NCBI GenBank assembly: GCA_030704615.1
Contig: CM060734.1
Location: forward strand, 53,506,001-53,570,000
Length of the DNA stretch: 64,000 nucleotides
Origin: Takakia lepidozioides
Taxonomy: Eukaryota; Plantae; Bryophyta
Reading direction: 5' to 3'
Made by a program: the position numbers and the translations under genes
Shown here: piece after piece, positions 29,301 to 43,000 of the stretch
How the letters are laid out: the number at the start of each line of letters is the position of its first letter
Position numbering within the stretch: the first letter of the stretch is position 1
The notes under the pieces: model-generated
Databases searched by the model: none
Seen by the model: only the letters and a program-made list of their open reading frames with translations
Told to the model about the DNA's origin: nothing

Positions 29301-32300
29301 ACTGGTTGAGTACCTACATACCGCCACGTACTTGCTCAACGGTACCGACGTCACTGGCTCCTTCATATCTGCCAAGTAGCTGTGCAGGGATTCCTTCTAG
29401 TTGTACTATGTTTGTGGGCTGTCACAACAGGGGTCTCAACCTACGTCCTCTACCTTTAGGCGGATCATTTGCCCGAGATATCATACTTGGAATGACTGAT
29501 GGCCCCTTGTTAGCAGCTACACCCACTCCCCTGCTCGAGACCTGCGCTCCCCCCGACTTGCCAGACGCCTCCATTCCTAACAGCAGCTTCTCCATATGTC
29601 ACCCAGTGGAGCGTCATCTCCCCGAAGGGCACCTCCACATCCACACCACCAGCTCCCCCAATCTCTTCCGGCGTCTGTCATACAACACACCCTGACTATG
29701 CTCCTCTCGACACTACACGGCCTGTCTGCTTTCTATGTCTGAATTTGCTAGGCTATGTCCCTCAATTCATATTCTTCGACTCTTATTTTTTCAACTACCC
29801 ATCTGGGGTATACTTACTGCTGGTTCCACACCATAATATCATCACACGACTTCCTCACACTACTTCATCACTTACTCACACTACCCCACAGTACGTTCCC
29901 ATACTACATCACCAGGCTGTTGATACACCTACATACACTTCCCCAATGATTCAACTAGCACCCCTTCATTTTCTCTGTGTAACAATGGTACATTATTTCC
30001 ATCAGTACTATTCTGCTACTCACCCATCTCCCTCTATTTTTTATACCCACCAAGTACCCCAATACTGGTCCTCACGTGACCCACCTAAAAACCCCCATCT
30101 CCCCTAAATACCCCCCACCTTACTTACACACACACACAGGTCTGCCCTAATATACCCCTCCACACTTTACCCTACCCTAACTACACCTCCATATATCACT
30201 ACATACTTCATCCATCATCTATTGTTGATTTCTCCCCCCACTGTTGATATCCCCACCACATCCCATCATAGCACAACCTATACAAAAATAATCCCAATAT
30301 GCATCCCACCCCCTTACGATCACCCCTTATACACTCCCCCCAGCTATACACAACCCACCAGCTCCACCATTGCTACTAAGGTTTACCCTAGCATTAGTAA
30401 CCAGCCACATGACAACAACCCATACCCACCAAAGTTATCCCTGGTCACACCCCTTGGTATCCACACCGTCACCTACAACCCACATAGGTGGCAGCACCCT
30501 TACCCACCCCTCAAATCTAAACACTATTACCACCACCCCCCATCGACGGAGGTCATGTACCAAAACACTTGTACCACACTCGCTTTTCTCCGATGTGGGG
30601 ACATTCACCCTAACCCAGGCCCACCAACCATTGCCAACATTATTTCGCTACTCCGAGCAGATGCACAAGACCGTTACGCCACATACTTCCAACCGAACAC
30701 TATAGGGCAACGCTGAGTCCCGCAATTTGGAGGAGCGAGTTTTTGACTAAGTGTCGGGGCTCAGGAAGAAAAGCAATGCACGGATGAAAAAGATGATTGG
30801 ATGGATGCTAAGGTGGCGTACGACATCCAGTTGGGGATTTTTAGGATGACGGATAGATGAAATGGGTGAGCACTCAGTTAATCATCATGGATGACAGGTG
30901 GATGGACGATGGGTTAAGGCGATGGATGAAAATGTCAAAAATGGATGACGGGGCCAAGTGGCAGACCCGTTTAGTTTCTTTGAAGTAGATGAATGAAATA
31001 AAATCACATGGCTGAGATGGATAAACTGGCATAGTTCATCCATCAAAAGAAAGAGGTGGTAGGTAACCATAGCTAGATTTGGGGGAAGCAGCTAGAAAGA
31101 TTTCATGAAGTGGTGCACGCTAAGAGGGGGAGTAATACCCGCAGCGCGCAGGGGGTAGATTAGACGAATAAAGACCTTACGGTGGCCGATAAATTAGTGA
31201 TCTACCGGCGCACCGTCTGGTGTGGATGAGGGCACCAGGGAAGAATATAAGCGAGACTAGGGAAGGAATAAGGCACCTTGGACTTGTGAGCAATGTGGAG
31301 AGATGGGCTGATGCAGTCCGGAGTGATTGGGCAGTAAATGGTGATCCTTTGGTGCATATGGTGGAGGTCTTGTCTCTTGAGATGCAATGTTTGGGGCATA
31401 TAGATGGATCAGATGTTTGAGGAATATTGGGGTTTGGAATTTGAGACAAAGACTTAGAATGACTCATGCTCACATTAGATTATGCCAGAACTAGAGCAGG
31501 TTGCTGTTATGATCTTCAGATTATTGGTTTGAGGGAAACATCGTGGCACTTAGAGCACAAATAGTTACTTATACCAGTATACTCACGACAACGAATAGGT
31601 GTTGATTCATTTCTAGAGTGTCCACTTCATTGTAGAGTGAAGTCCTTAGCATCATGATGTTCTCAACATAAGGTAGTGGTATCTAGAAGTGTGCTTTTAA
31701 GCAGTATGCACTGCTCCAAAGGGTGCAGTGTCACAAAAATTATATGAGCAGAATAGCAAATGAACTAACAATTACTTGTGCAAAGCACATAATTTTCCAA
31801 TCACGGATGTATTATGTATGAATTATCAAAGTCAATCCCACTTCTACTCAATAGGTCCCTCCTGTAATGTCATATATCCCCCCCTAAGTGCATAAGGTGT
31901 GTACCTATACCTTTCCCCAAAAATTACCAAAATCAGGCCATGTGTGGGCCTAGAAGTAGCTGCCTCCCAAAGTGGAATTCCCCAAAACTTTCCCTGCACG
32001 GATGACGACTTCTAGAAAATCTGACCATACACGTACCAAATAGGAACCCTAAGTCTGCCCTGAGTTGACCTACAACTCCTCAGACATGTCAATCTCAGAA
32101 CCCTAAATGAGCCGACCCCGCGGACACAGCTGGAAGAGTCCACGGCTCCCTCATTTTCAATTCTCCCGCAAATTGAAGCATGATAAAATATGTGTACTAT
32201 AGCACCATATAAAGTGAACCATTGCATTCATGCCTGGCTGGCCATTGTCCCAAAACAGCCGCCTCCACTTTCATAGATGAATGAGGGATTTGAAATAAAA

Positions 32301-33256
32301 ATCACTAAACCGCTGTATAATTAGCTTCACTAATCCACCATTAATTAACCCTTATACTCCAAAAACACCCCATATTGTACCTAATCCAAAGCAGTAATTA
32401 ACCTTGAACTGCCTCCAACGCAAAAGTGTACATTACTGGGATGAAAACAGTGACTTCATTAAACAAAAATAGGGGACAAAATAAGGCAACGCACACTTCT
32501 AGATGCCACTACCTTAGAACTCGGCCAATCTAGTTGAGATTATTCATGATCGGTTGCATGACAAAAGAAGTACACATGGGTGTTGTGGACTGAATGGGAA
32601 GTGGCCCTGCAAAGGAAATTCTGTAGCAAAATTCATGAGGTGCCACCTACCTGCGAACCACTGGAGTGCAGCCCAAGAGGAGTACACTGACTGACCAGCC
32701 AAGGGGGCGTGCCGTGACAGAATATTTCGGATCAGAATTACCAACCACGCTGGTGTTTCTACCTTCCAATGGGCGGACAAACAATCAGAAAACAAAAATA
32801 AAATAAAAAAGAGATTATTGCTAAGAGTAGACGCATTTGATTATAGGATAAGATGCTCAATGACATAAGTGATATGTTCTCTTCCGCTGCCGTATCATTT
32901 ATGTCATCAGACTGACCAGAATTGTGAGTGCACACAAGTCTTGCAGGGTCCCTCTTTAGCTCTACAACACATTGTCCCTAACGTACAATTACAAACTTCT
33001 TGCCGCCCATTTCACCCCCTACCTTCCCGAAGCACCACCCATCCCCCCTATACACCAACAGCCTGTTCCCCACACCATCTCTACCTTTGGCCTCCCAGAC
33101 TGCCTATACCCTGCACTCCTACACAACTCCCACAAACTCCAAGCCTACCCCACACACCATCTTCTCTTCTCCTTTATTGTCCTCATTTTCCTACTTCCAA
33201 AAGAATGTAATGATTACTTTGTAACCCAACCATACTCCCCACTCATTTCTCTACTG
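26326..33256 (+). mobile_element. Degenerate 5' part of a putative non-LTR retrotransposon (C-rich ORFs, Zn-finger-like motif, 2A-like motif), interrupted at ~30705-32950 and truncated at 33257
   Basis: Strong C/G strand skew; long Pro/Thr/His-rich ORFs; CPIVAC...F...HWCTDLH; FLRCGDIHPNPGP. C-rich composition resumes at ~32950. No RT is visible. Confidence 0.45.
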
Positions 33257-36200
33257 TGTCATGGTTTTAGTCATGGTTATCTAGAATTACCTACTTCTAG
33301 TTAACTAGGACATTTTAGATATTTATATTTATATTTTGTGTGTTGGGACTTCATTTGGTCTCACATGCCAAGTGAGGTGTCGAGCCTCACTTGGGACACG
33401 GGGATAGGTTTTCCCCTTGTGAGGATGGAGGAGGCTCATCTTCTTGTAGTTGAGCCTCCATGAGCCTCTCTCACCTCCATAGCTCTAGGTATTGAGAGGG
33501 AGTGTGGTGAGGGCTTTGTAGGGTGGATTCCCTTCGCAAGGGTGCCCTTGGCTTGACTTAGTTTATGTGATTGAGTGGATTTATGAGTGGAGGGTTTCCA
33601 TTATGTTCACTTCCATTATCACTACAAGAAGATCACCTTATGCTTGTGAGTGCGGAGTGTAAGGATAGTTTTGCACTTGTGTTGGTGTACACCAAGGAGT
33701 GAGAGAGCTAGGGAAAGCTCAGATATCTCACAAGGCTTGCAAGGAGTTGCAAGGGAGAGTGTGTTTGCATTGCATCAAGGAGGTGGAGAGCTCAAGGAGA
33801 GAGCTCTTGAGTTACAAGACTTTGCAAGCATTGCAGGGAGAAAGTCTTGTGTGTGTGGAAGCAAAGGTTTGAAAGTTTGAGAAGAAGGAGCGTCATTTCT
33901 TGTATCTCAAGTGTTGTGACAACCATTTGCCAAGGAAGTGGCTTCTATGGTGAAAAGAATGCATTGAGGGTTTGTAGAAGCATTGTTGTACATCAAGGGT
34001 TTGAGAGCTTGGAAAAGAGCTCTTGCACCACAAGAGAAGCGTGTTGTGTGTGGAGAAGATAGACACTAGGGTTTCAAGAGCAAGCTCTAGTTGTTCATGG
34101 TGTGAAAGAGAAGCCAAAGAGCGGCACATGCTTGGGTTAGAATCACCATAGAAGGAGTACAATAAGGATAGCTTGAGGAGCATTGAGTAGCTCAAGAGAA
34201 GCTAAGAAGTGGTTGTTTTATTCATGGTGAAATGAAGCCAAGTGGGGTTTCATTTGGTTGACAAACAAGCAAGTTAAGGCGCTAGAAGAGAGTATTTTTG
34301 CTAGTTCTATGAGTTCTTGGATTGCTCTTGGTGAAGCAAGTGGTTGACCAAGCAAGTGACGCATGTGTGGAACATGCTTTCCAAGTACGGCTTCCAACTT
34401 CAAGCTTAAGAAGAGCTAGAGGGTGAAGGGAACAAGTCATTCTTTTGTGTATGAGGTGATGCTTATGTGGAGCATGTTTTCAGCCCATTGAGGCTTCTAT
34501 TTTCAAGCCTTGGAGAGCAAGAAGAAAGGAAAAGGGCTGGTTTCCACTTAGGCGAAGGAAAAGCACTTGTAGAACACATGTTTGAGTTGGGGTTTCAACC
34601 TTAAGCTTGAGGAGAGCACGACTCTTGAGCTAGTAAGTGAAGGGACTTGAATCTTCCTCTTTGCATGAGATGGAGATGTATTGATGCTTGGAGAAGCAAT
34701 ACATAAAAGCCAAGAATGGAGCATGTGTGTGGATGGCCAAAAGAGAGCACATGAATGAGTGCAAGACTTGGTTGCTTGTCAAATGAGGTAAAAAGCTTGA
34801 TTCTTGAGCTCCAAAGAGAAGTGAAGCTTGTTGGGTGGCAAATGCATTGCTAGGTGAGATGGAATCAATCTTGGTTGTGGCTTGAGGTGAAGAAGATCAA
34901 GGTAGTTTGCCTTGGTATCTCATAGAAGTCATGGATGCTTGAGGAGAGCAAGCATCAAGCTCAAGGAAGCCCAAACCCTAGCTTGGAATGCACAAACCCT
35001 AGCATGAGATGCACATGAAACCCTAGGTTCATGGGAACAGTCACCAAAGTGTGGGAACTGTCACTATAGGCTAGGAACATAGTGACATATAAAGACAATA
35101 TAGGGCTTTTGGAGGATCTTCAAGGGCTTTTTGGAGGACTGTTTGGGGGATCTTTGGGGTCCTTCGGGGAGCTTTTGGAAGACACTCTGAGGAGCTTTTG
35201 TAAGGCACTTTGAAGAGCTCTTGAAGAGGTATTTGGATGACTATTTGGAGGCCTATTTGCGGTCCTTGAAGGCCATGTTTGGCAAGTTTTTGGAGCCTTG
35301 GAAGGCTATGTGGAGGACCATTTGGGGTCTGTGAAGGCCAAGTTTTGGCAAGTTTTTGTAGCCTTTGGAAGGCTATGTGGAGGACCATTTGGGGTCTTTG
35401 AAAGCCAATATTTGGCAAGTTTTTGGAGCGTTTGGACTAGAGGGCTGTTTGGGGTCATTGGAGGCCGATATTTGGTGAGCTTAAGGAATCTTTGGCGACT
35501 TGTTGAAGGACTATTTGGGGTCCTTGAGGGACCGAGATTTGGTAGGCTCTTGGGGCCTTGGTGTACTGTTTGGAGTACCATTGTCCAAGCTTTGGGAGTC
35601 TTAGTGAAATTGTTTGAGAGACATCTTGAGGGATCTTAGAGAGTTATTTGAGAGATCCTTGAAAGATCTTGTCTATTGCTTAAGCAAAAGAATGTGGAGA
35701 TAGGGTAGTGGGATGAGAGCATGCTGTGATAAGAATTGCTTTAGTCTCTCTTCCTTGTAGTCTTTCACCCTCTCTGTAGGCCAAAACCTTTCCGTAGGTG
35801 GAGGCAAGAGTCAGTCCGGGTTTGGGCTAGAGTGTCTTGCAGGAGCGACACTGTGGAGTGTTTTTGGTGTGGGGGAGTTACTGTTTTGATTATCTTGTGC
35901 TTGGATCCCCTCCACACGTGCATGCTTGATTCTGCGTCATGTTAGTTTTGTATGGGCGCTTGTTTTCATAGGAGGTTGGTCCGGATTTGATCACCGGTCA
36001 ATCCTAGAGCATGCTGTCGATGGCGAGGCTGGGGTGATGACCAGTCAGACCATCATTGTTATCTTATGGTGAGGCTGGGTTGATGACCAGCAGACCATAG
36101 GAGTGTTTGCGGTGGATGTAGGTGCAGATACAGGTCTACGTTAGAAACCTATTATTCCTGCTTGAACTAGTAGCCGCAACAGGTTCTCTACCCGGTTACC

Positions 36201-39200
36201 TTGTAGAAAGTGGGGATTAGAGACAGGTTGACAACCGGTTTGAGTGTGAGTTTTCATCACGGAGGTGCCACCAGTTGCTGAGGAGAGTGCCGGTACAAGC
36301 ACTAGCGATACTAGTGGGTATACAAGACGAGGTGTGCGGTTTAGGCCACCTTCACCTTCAGTGTCTTCTGAGGAAGGTTCAGACTCAGAGTTAGGAGGAT
36401 TCTCGCCGAGGGTGCAAGCCATTTCCATGCCATTGTTGTGGGATACGATGGAGGAAATGTATGGAGCTACTAAGGGGCCACGTCGGTACTCTGGAGCTGT
36501 GGGCACCATCGAGCTTGATGATTTCATACAGGAGTTTAATAGTTGGTGTGATTTGCAGCAGATGCGCAATCCACAACTGTTTACGCCTTTTATGGCGTAG
36601 AAGGGGCTGTTTCAGCACCTTGAGGGGCCGCCTACGGATGACTCTCATGAGTTTAGGCGGGGAAATGAGGTAGAGATTGAGGAGTGGCGACAATATTGGT
36701 CACCTGACTATGTCTCCATCACTAGAGGTACAAGGGCAGCGGCGACACCAGCAGTAACACCAGCATCTCCAAGTGCAAGCACTAGTAGTGGGACAAGTAA
36801 AGATGGAGCTGGGAAATCCACTCAAGCTCCTGCTGCAGCACCAGCACCCGTGCCTGCCTTTAACCCAGTTGTGGAGTTCTTCGAGGAGTTGAGGAGAAAC
36901 TACCAGGGGATAAGGACGGAGAAATTGCGGAGCTTGCAAGAGTTCCAACGCAAACCTACTGAGAGTTTGAGGGAGGTTTACACACGCATGAGGTGATTGG
37001 TAAATGTAACCCAGGGGATTACGGAAGCTCAAGCAATCCAATTTTGGTATGGGATATTGGACAAGGAGTTGAGGAGAAGGGTGCGGGATGCAACTCTCCT
37101 ACAAGTGGACCAACCCACCTTAGCAAACGTGTTTTTGCTGGCAGAGTGGATAGAGCTCAATATGGTGGAGGAGCGAGTGGTCATGGTGGGGTTTGGTAAG
37201 GAGACACAACGAAGTGGGGCTCCTAGCCAACAACAACCACTACCCCAACGTGCTCAAGGCAACAAGGGGGCTCAGACGAAGCCCATGAAAGGACAGAGAG
37301 GATCTCAATTGCAGAGGTCATTTCCTTCATTCTCAGGCCAACAACAGTCGGGTGTGACATGATTGTAGAGGACCCCATGTTAAGAGAGATTGCCCAGAGA
37401 AATGCAAAGGGCCGACACAGGCACAGCCTACACAACTACAATGTGGGCATTGTGGCAAGTATGGGCATGAAGAGGCCCATTGTTATGAATTGCATCTTGA
37501 GCTACGGCCAGGCCAGTTCCAAGGGAACAATGGTGGCCGAGGACGAGGCAATGTAGTCCAGAGAGGTAGAGGAGGCAGATGTCGGGGTGGAGGTCGTAAC
37601 CAAAACCAAGGAGCACAGGGTCAGGGTCAAGGTCCTGACCAAGGCATGGTAGATCAACTTGCCCAACTAGAGCAACGTCTTGCTGCCATGGCCACTACTC
37701 ATGTTGCGCCAGCTCTAAGGCTTGAGGTTCAAGCCCCAAGTGCACAACCTCCTATGCCTAGGGAAGACCAGATTGGTATGGGCTTCATGTGTGGAGCCGC
37801 ACTTGCAGGGCCATTGCATGTATTGGACTCTGCTGCTACTGTCACTCGAGCAGCAACGCGTGCTCCTGAGCCAAGAGGAGCGGATGTGGATTTTGATCCA
37901 AAAACGGGGGAAGCGAGTCGTCAGACAAGGCTTCCAAAGTCCTTTACATTGGCTGAGACAGTGTCACCTACGCCATCAATGACATCCGTTCGCCCAAGTG
38001 TGTCAGAGGTAGAGCCACGAATACCATTGGGGAGAATTGGTGTGGCTCGGGAAATGCCAGTGGGTGGTGCTGCAAAGCAAGGTGCAGCCAGTACATTGTT
38101 GGGGGCGGCTACGACAATTTGCCAAGCTCCATTGTTTTCTGCCACGACAATTGCAATGTCGGGGATTCGGCCAGCTGTTGTGTTCAGACTAACATCTAGA
38201 TTCTGTGAGAATGGTGATGCATTGGCACTATCTGCGGAGATAGTATATAAGGTGCAGTCTATGGATGCTTTGGATTCGAGGGTGAAGGTTCTTGGGGGAG
38301 TTTCAAGCTTTGTGTGAGCAAGCTTTGATAGATCACTGTACTACTTCTCGGGATCACCCTGAGGCTGATGGCCTGGCAGAGAGGGTTGTACAAACAGTCA
38401 AGCGAGGCTTGCGCAAGTATGGCTTGCAGAAGTGATACTTAGGAGATTGGGACCTTCAGCTACCTTGGTTGGCCATGGGCTACAGGTTTAGCAAACAAGC
38501 ATCACTTGCCTCGTTCTCGCCATATTCCCTTCTCTTTGGCCGAGAGCCAGATTTGTCTGCATCTATTCGCAGGGAGACTGCAGTAGTTCTCAACCTTGAT
38601 GATCCGGATGTGTGGACACAAGCATGTGCCCAACGGGCAGAGTTGTTCAAGAGAGTCATACCTATGGCTTTTGAGAACCTTGCTATTGCCCAACACCGAG
38701 ACACTTTGAGGTACGCCACTATACGTGGAGGGGGATATCGGCCAGGTGTTCGGCGTTTCCACCCTGGGGACTATGTGTATCTGCAGCAAACAACGATGTC
38801 ACAGCAGGGCGTGTGATTCTAAGGGTCCGGGAGGTGTTGCCTTCAGGAGTGTTGATTATGGGGGGTCGAGATGGCATGGTATGGAAGGACCATGTGCGCA
38901 ATTGTGCGCCATGTCACCTTCCACATGTGGATGGGAGGATAGATCCCAACCTTGAAGTGGTACCTTTAGGGTTGCGTTGCATGCTATGTGTGCATGCTGG
39001 TGGTGCCGCGACCATGTTGGTGTGTGATAAATGCTCAAGGGGGTGGCACATGGGATGCTTGACACCGCCACTTGAGGAGGTTCCTAGTGGAGAATGGTTG
39101 TGTCCACGATGCCTTGGACATAGGTAGTGGGCATGACAATGGTGGAATTGACAAGTGATCCAAGGTCTAGCTGATGGGAGTTCAACGCCATGGATACTTA

Positions 39201-39924
39201 ATTGAAGATCATGGATTGCAGTAAGGCGAGTAACGATGGGGCTATTTTTGCACCCGACCTCTTGATCTATTGACTTTAGATACTAGGACATGTGCGATTG
39301 AAGACCAAGCGATGATTTTATTGAGATGAATACTTGTCAGCTATCCGGTGTTAGAGGGACCCAATCACCAGCTAGGGGGGCGATTGTGGCATAGCTTGCT
39401 AGGATTGTGTGCTTAGAATGTATGGTGGACAGCAATGTATGTTGTGGCACGATGCTTAGGTGCACGACAGCTGTCATGGTTTAGTCATGGTTAACTAGAA
39501 TTACCTACTTCTAGTTAACTAGGACATTTTAGATATTTATATTTGTATTTTGTGTGTTGGGACTTCATTTGGTCTCACATGCCAAGTGAGGTGTTAAACC
39601 TCACTTGGGACATGGGGATGGGTTTTCCCCTTGTGAGTTTTGAGGCGGGCTCATCTTCTTATAGTTGAGCCTCCATGAGCTCTCCCACGTCCATAGCTCT
39701 AGGTATTGAGATGGAGTGTGGTGAGGGCTTTTGTAGGGTGGATTCCCTTAGCAAAGGTGCCCTTGGCTCGACTTAGTTTATGTGACTGAGTGGATTCATT
39801 AGTGGAGTGTTTCCATTGTGTGTTCACTTCCATTATCATTGTGGCATAGCTTGCTAGGATTGTGTGCTTAGAATGTATGGTGGACAACGATGTATGTTGT
39901 GGCACGATGCTTAGGTGCACGACA
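33257..39924 (+). mobile_element. Internally deleted DNMT-gypsy family element with split repeats A1 33257-33621, B1 39384-39469, A2 39472-39838, B2 39839-39924
   Basis: TG...CA ends; degenerate gag ~36259-38290 joined directly to the integrase core and PHD (~38290-39127); repeats seen directly; no TSD match. Confidence 0.9.
35100..35580. repeat. Degenerate tandem repeats (~60-65 bp unit) in the element leader
   Basis: Repeated TTTGGCAAGTTTTT...GGAAGGCTATGTGGAGGACCATTTGGGGTC. Confidence 0.7.
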
Positions 39925-40022
39925 CATAAGACAACAATGTTGCCGACATGATGCTGACTGTCAACGCGGTCGCTTTTGGCTACAATTATAACGGCAATGC
40001 CAATAATGTTAACCTATGCTAA
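39925..40022 (+). pseudogene. 3' remnant of a KP4-like paralogue, truncated by the retroelement
   Basis: DNNVADMMLTVNAV...NLC* aligns with DNNIANGMLTVNAV of the intact gene; both stops are followed by GCGGAAAGC. Confidence 0.75.
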
Positions 40023-43000
40023 GCGGAAAGCAAATCTCTTGAAGCGAATACGGTGACAATGATATGAATATAGCAAAAGACTTTAGGAAAGTTGATATCC
40101 GTGGTAGTGTACCAAAGATGTCAACTGCATGTCCTGAAGCAGGATACGAATCAACGTTTTTTGTTTTTTGTTTTGTTTTTTCTAGAAAATAGCAGGAAAT
40201 AGTCATTCATTTTATTTGGAGAAGTTTGGCGATTTCATCCGTGAAATAACAACATTTGCGACAAAATAGTTTATTTACGTACTTTGTTTTGTTGTGGATT
40301 CGAATATTTTTTAATTTTTAGATCAACAAATTTATATTTTTAGAAGATTGTTGATCTATGCGGACATCAAAGTCCTCCACCGCCCACTTTACTACCAACT
40401 GCTTCAACTTGATCTCATGTATATATATGTCTCCGCTCGAAGGTTACAATAAAATATATTAGACTCGCAACTAAGCAAAACACAAACGACCTCCTCGTAA
40501 TATTTCTTCGTCTTACCATTGCATTTTATCATGGCACTACATTCATCAGTTGCGCTCTCCATTCTCATTCTCATAACCGTGAGCATTCAAGGCGGTGTTG
40601 CGGCACTCGGCATCAACTGTCGTGGTAGCTTTTTTTGCTCAGATTTTTGGGATCTTCAACCAGTACTACCAATGTTGGTGTCCGTCAGCGTCTATCTCGA
40701 TCCCAATTGCTTTTATAATGATGGAGAACAGATTGTCTGCGGCTGGTTTCATGGAACAAACTTTTGTGCCTTCTGTCAAAGTTCCGGTGGCGCTCCCGGC
40801 TCCTCGATCAAGACCTTGATTCAACAACTTGCAGATTACGGTTGCAAGAAATGTGGGAGTATTCCACTTTTCTATCCAGAGGACAACAATATTGCCAACG
40901 GAATGTTGACCGTCAACGCGGTCAAACACCCCTGCATTTATGATCCTTATTTTACTGATCATTACTCCGTCTACGTAGGCATATGCAAGTGAGCGGAAAG
41001 CGAACACAACAACACCCCATGGGATTTCCAGCCAGCGAGGTTTCACTGTCATTTTCACTATTAGTTAAGAATTGGTAACAATACACTAAACTCACTATTA
41101 ATTATGATCCGAGGTAACTAGATGGGTCTCCCTCTGCCCCACGCTGTTGGACATCTATATTTCATGTTGATCAGATGCAATGCTTGATATGGAGTTCGAG
41201 GAACCTGCCAAATTCTGAATATGTATTAGGAGGTATACATATGGTATGTCATGTACCTCGAGTGAGGCTACACTGTGGGACTGTCTACTTATACCCTGGG
41301 ATGTCTCCAGGAGCTATGCCGGAGATAACCAGCACTACGTTTACTTGCCTATTAGTGCCCACATGTATTTTTATGAACCCTGGTCCACAAATTGTTCACC
41401 TTTCACAGCATACTGGCTTGTTGGCTTATTGACCTGTAGAGGCATGATAATCAATTGACTCAACAATGCAAGAGTGGAAGTTGCCTTATCTTTATTAGAT
41501 GTCTATTTTAAAGATGGGTATACTTTTCTGTTGAAAACAGCTGACATTATAAGTGTGTGGCAGGACTGGGATACTGGTTGAGATTTACGCTGAAAGTGAT
41601 ATTTATGATATGTCAATAGCTAATTGCAGTGGCAAATGTTTCAATGCACTGTGTACAACAATTCAAATGTATATGAACATTTGGATATTTTCAACTGAAG
41701 ACCATCTATGGCTTAAATAATACTTAAGCAGGTCACACATTCAAATAAACCAATTTACTTTGGAATAATCCATAGATTTTGGATAGAAGGCCAAAAATGA
41801 AAACCATGCGTGGATGGGTAGAATTGTGAGCCCTCTAGCTATTCCCAAAAAACTACGTCAAAGAGGTTTCATATGACCAAGATATAGCCATACCTACAAT
41901 ATATAATCTAAATTTGACCTTATAAATTTCTAAATTTTAAACAATAAATGTTAATTCTGCATTCATTACAATAATTTGAAATTTTGGCTTAGAAGCATGT
42001 AGTTGACTTATTAGTAAAAAATTTCACTATAGCTAGGGAACATGACTCATCTATACATGTGGCACAATATGAGTGGCTGAAATATGCGTGGTACCAGCTA
42101 CGTGATATATACAGTCATGGACATTTTTTGACTCGATCTCTTCGTCTTTAGTTTAGTGAAGTCCTACATGTGCGAGCTTGCGTGATTATGTGTAGGAGCT
42201 AAGACCTCAAATGTGTGGTTTGTATTGTGTGTGTGATATTTGAAGGTGGTTGAACTAGCTTTTCTCATGCATATAAGAGTCTGTTGTCACTCACCGCAAC
42301 ATAATTGGGGTTTTGTAGATTTTGAGAGTTGGTGGATAGTGGTGCAGCGACTATGTTTGGTCGCGGCTTGATGAGAATACAACGAGGCTAAAGGGGGCAG
42401 CGCTTTGGAGTAGAAGACAACTTATCCATCTTGCAAATGTGGGCTCTTGATCCTGTATCATAGTTTGATATTTTTCTTGGTGTTTACAAGATTCTTGGGA
42501 GGATCAACTTGGTCTTAGGAGGCCGAGTTTCTATGGCAAATGGTTGCTCAGCTGCACCAAAATTCGTGCGTTTGAAGAACAGTTTGATGTCAAGGTTGAA
42601 CTTCATAGAGAAATTCTTTAAAGAATCAACTGAAATAGCTCTATCCGGTTCGCACAGTTGAGCTCACAACAGGCTCACAAATTTGTCATGCTTTGCATCC
42701 AGTGCAACCCTAAATAGACCAAACCAATAGTTGTTGTTAGGAAGAAGCATCCTATTGTAACCATCGAGCGGAAACATATATATACTTGAGATCAGGTTGT
42801 AGTAGTTGATAGTAAAGTTGCCGGTGGAGGACTTTGATGTCCGCATAGATCAACAACCTTCTCAAAATCTAAATTTGTTGATCTAAAAAAAATAAAAAAT
42901 AAAATCCACAACGAAACAAAGAATATGTAAATAAATTATTTTGTCGCAAATGCTGTTATTCAAGGATGAATTAATCGCCAAACTTCTCCAAATAAAAAAC

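Noticed and set aside
30705-32950. Defined DNA transposon inside the LINE-like region
   Set aside because: Composition suggests an insertion, but no convincing TIR or TSD could be identified.
35100-35580. CRISPR-like array
   Set aside because: Degenerate tandem units without unique spacers, in a eukaryotic TE context.
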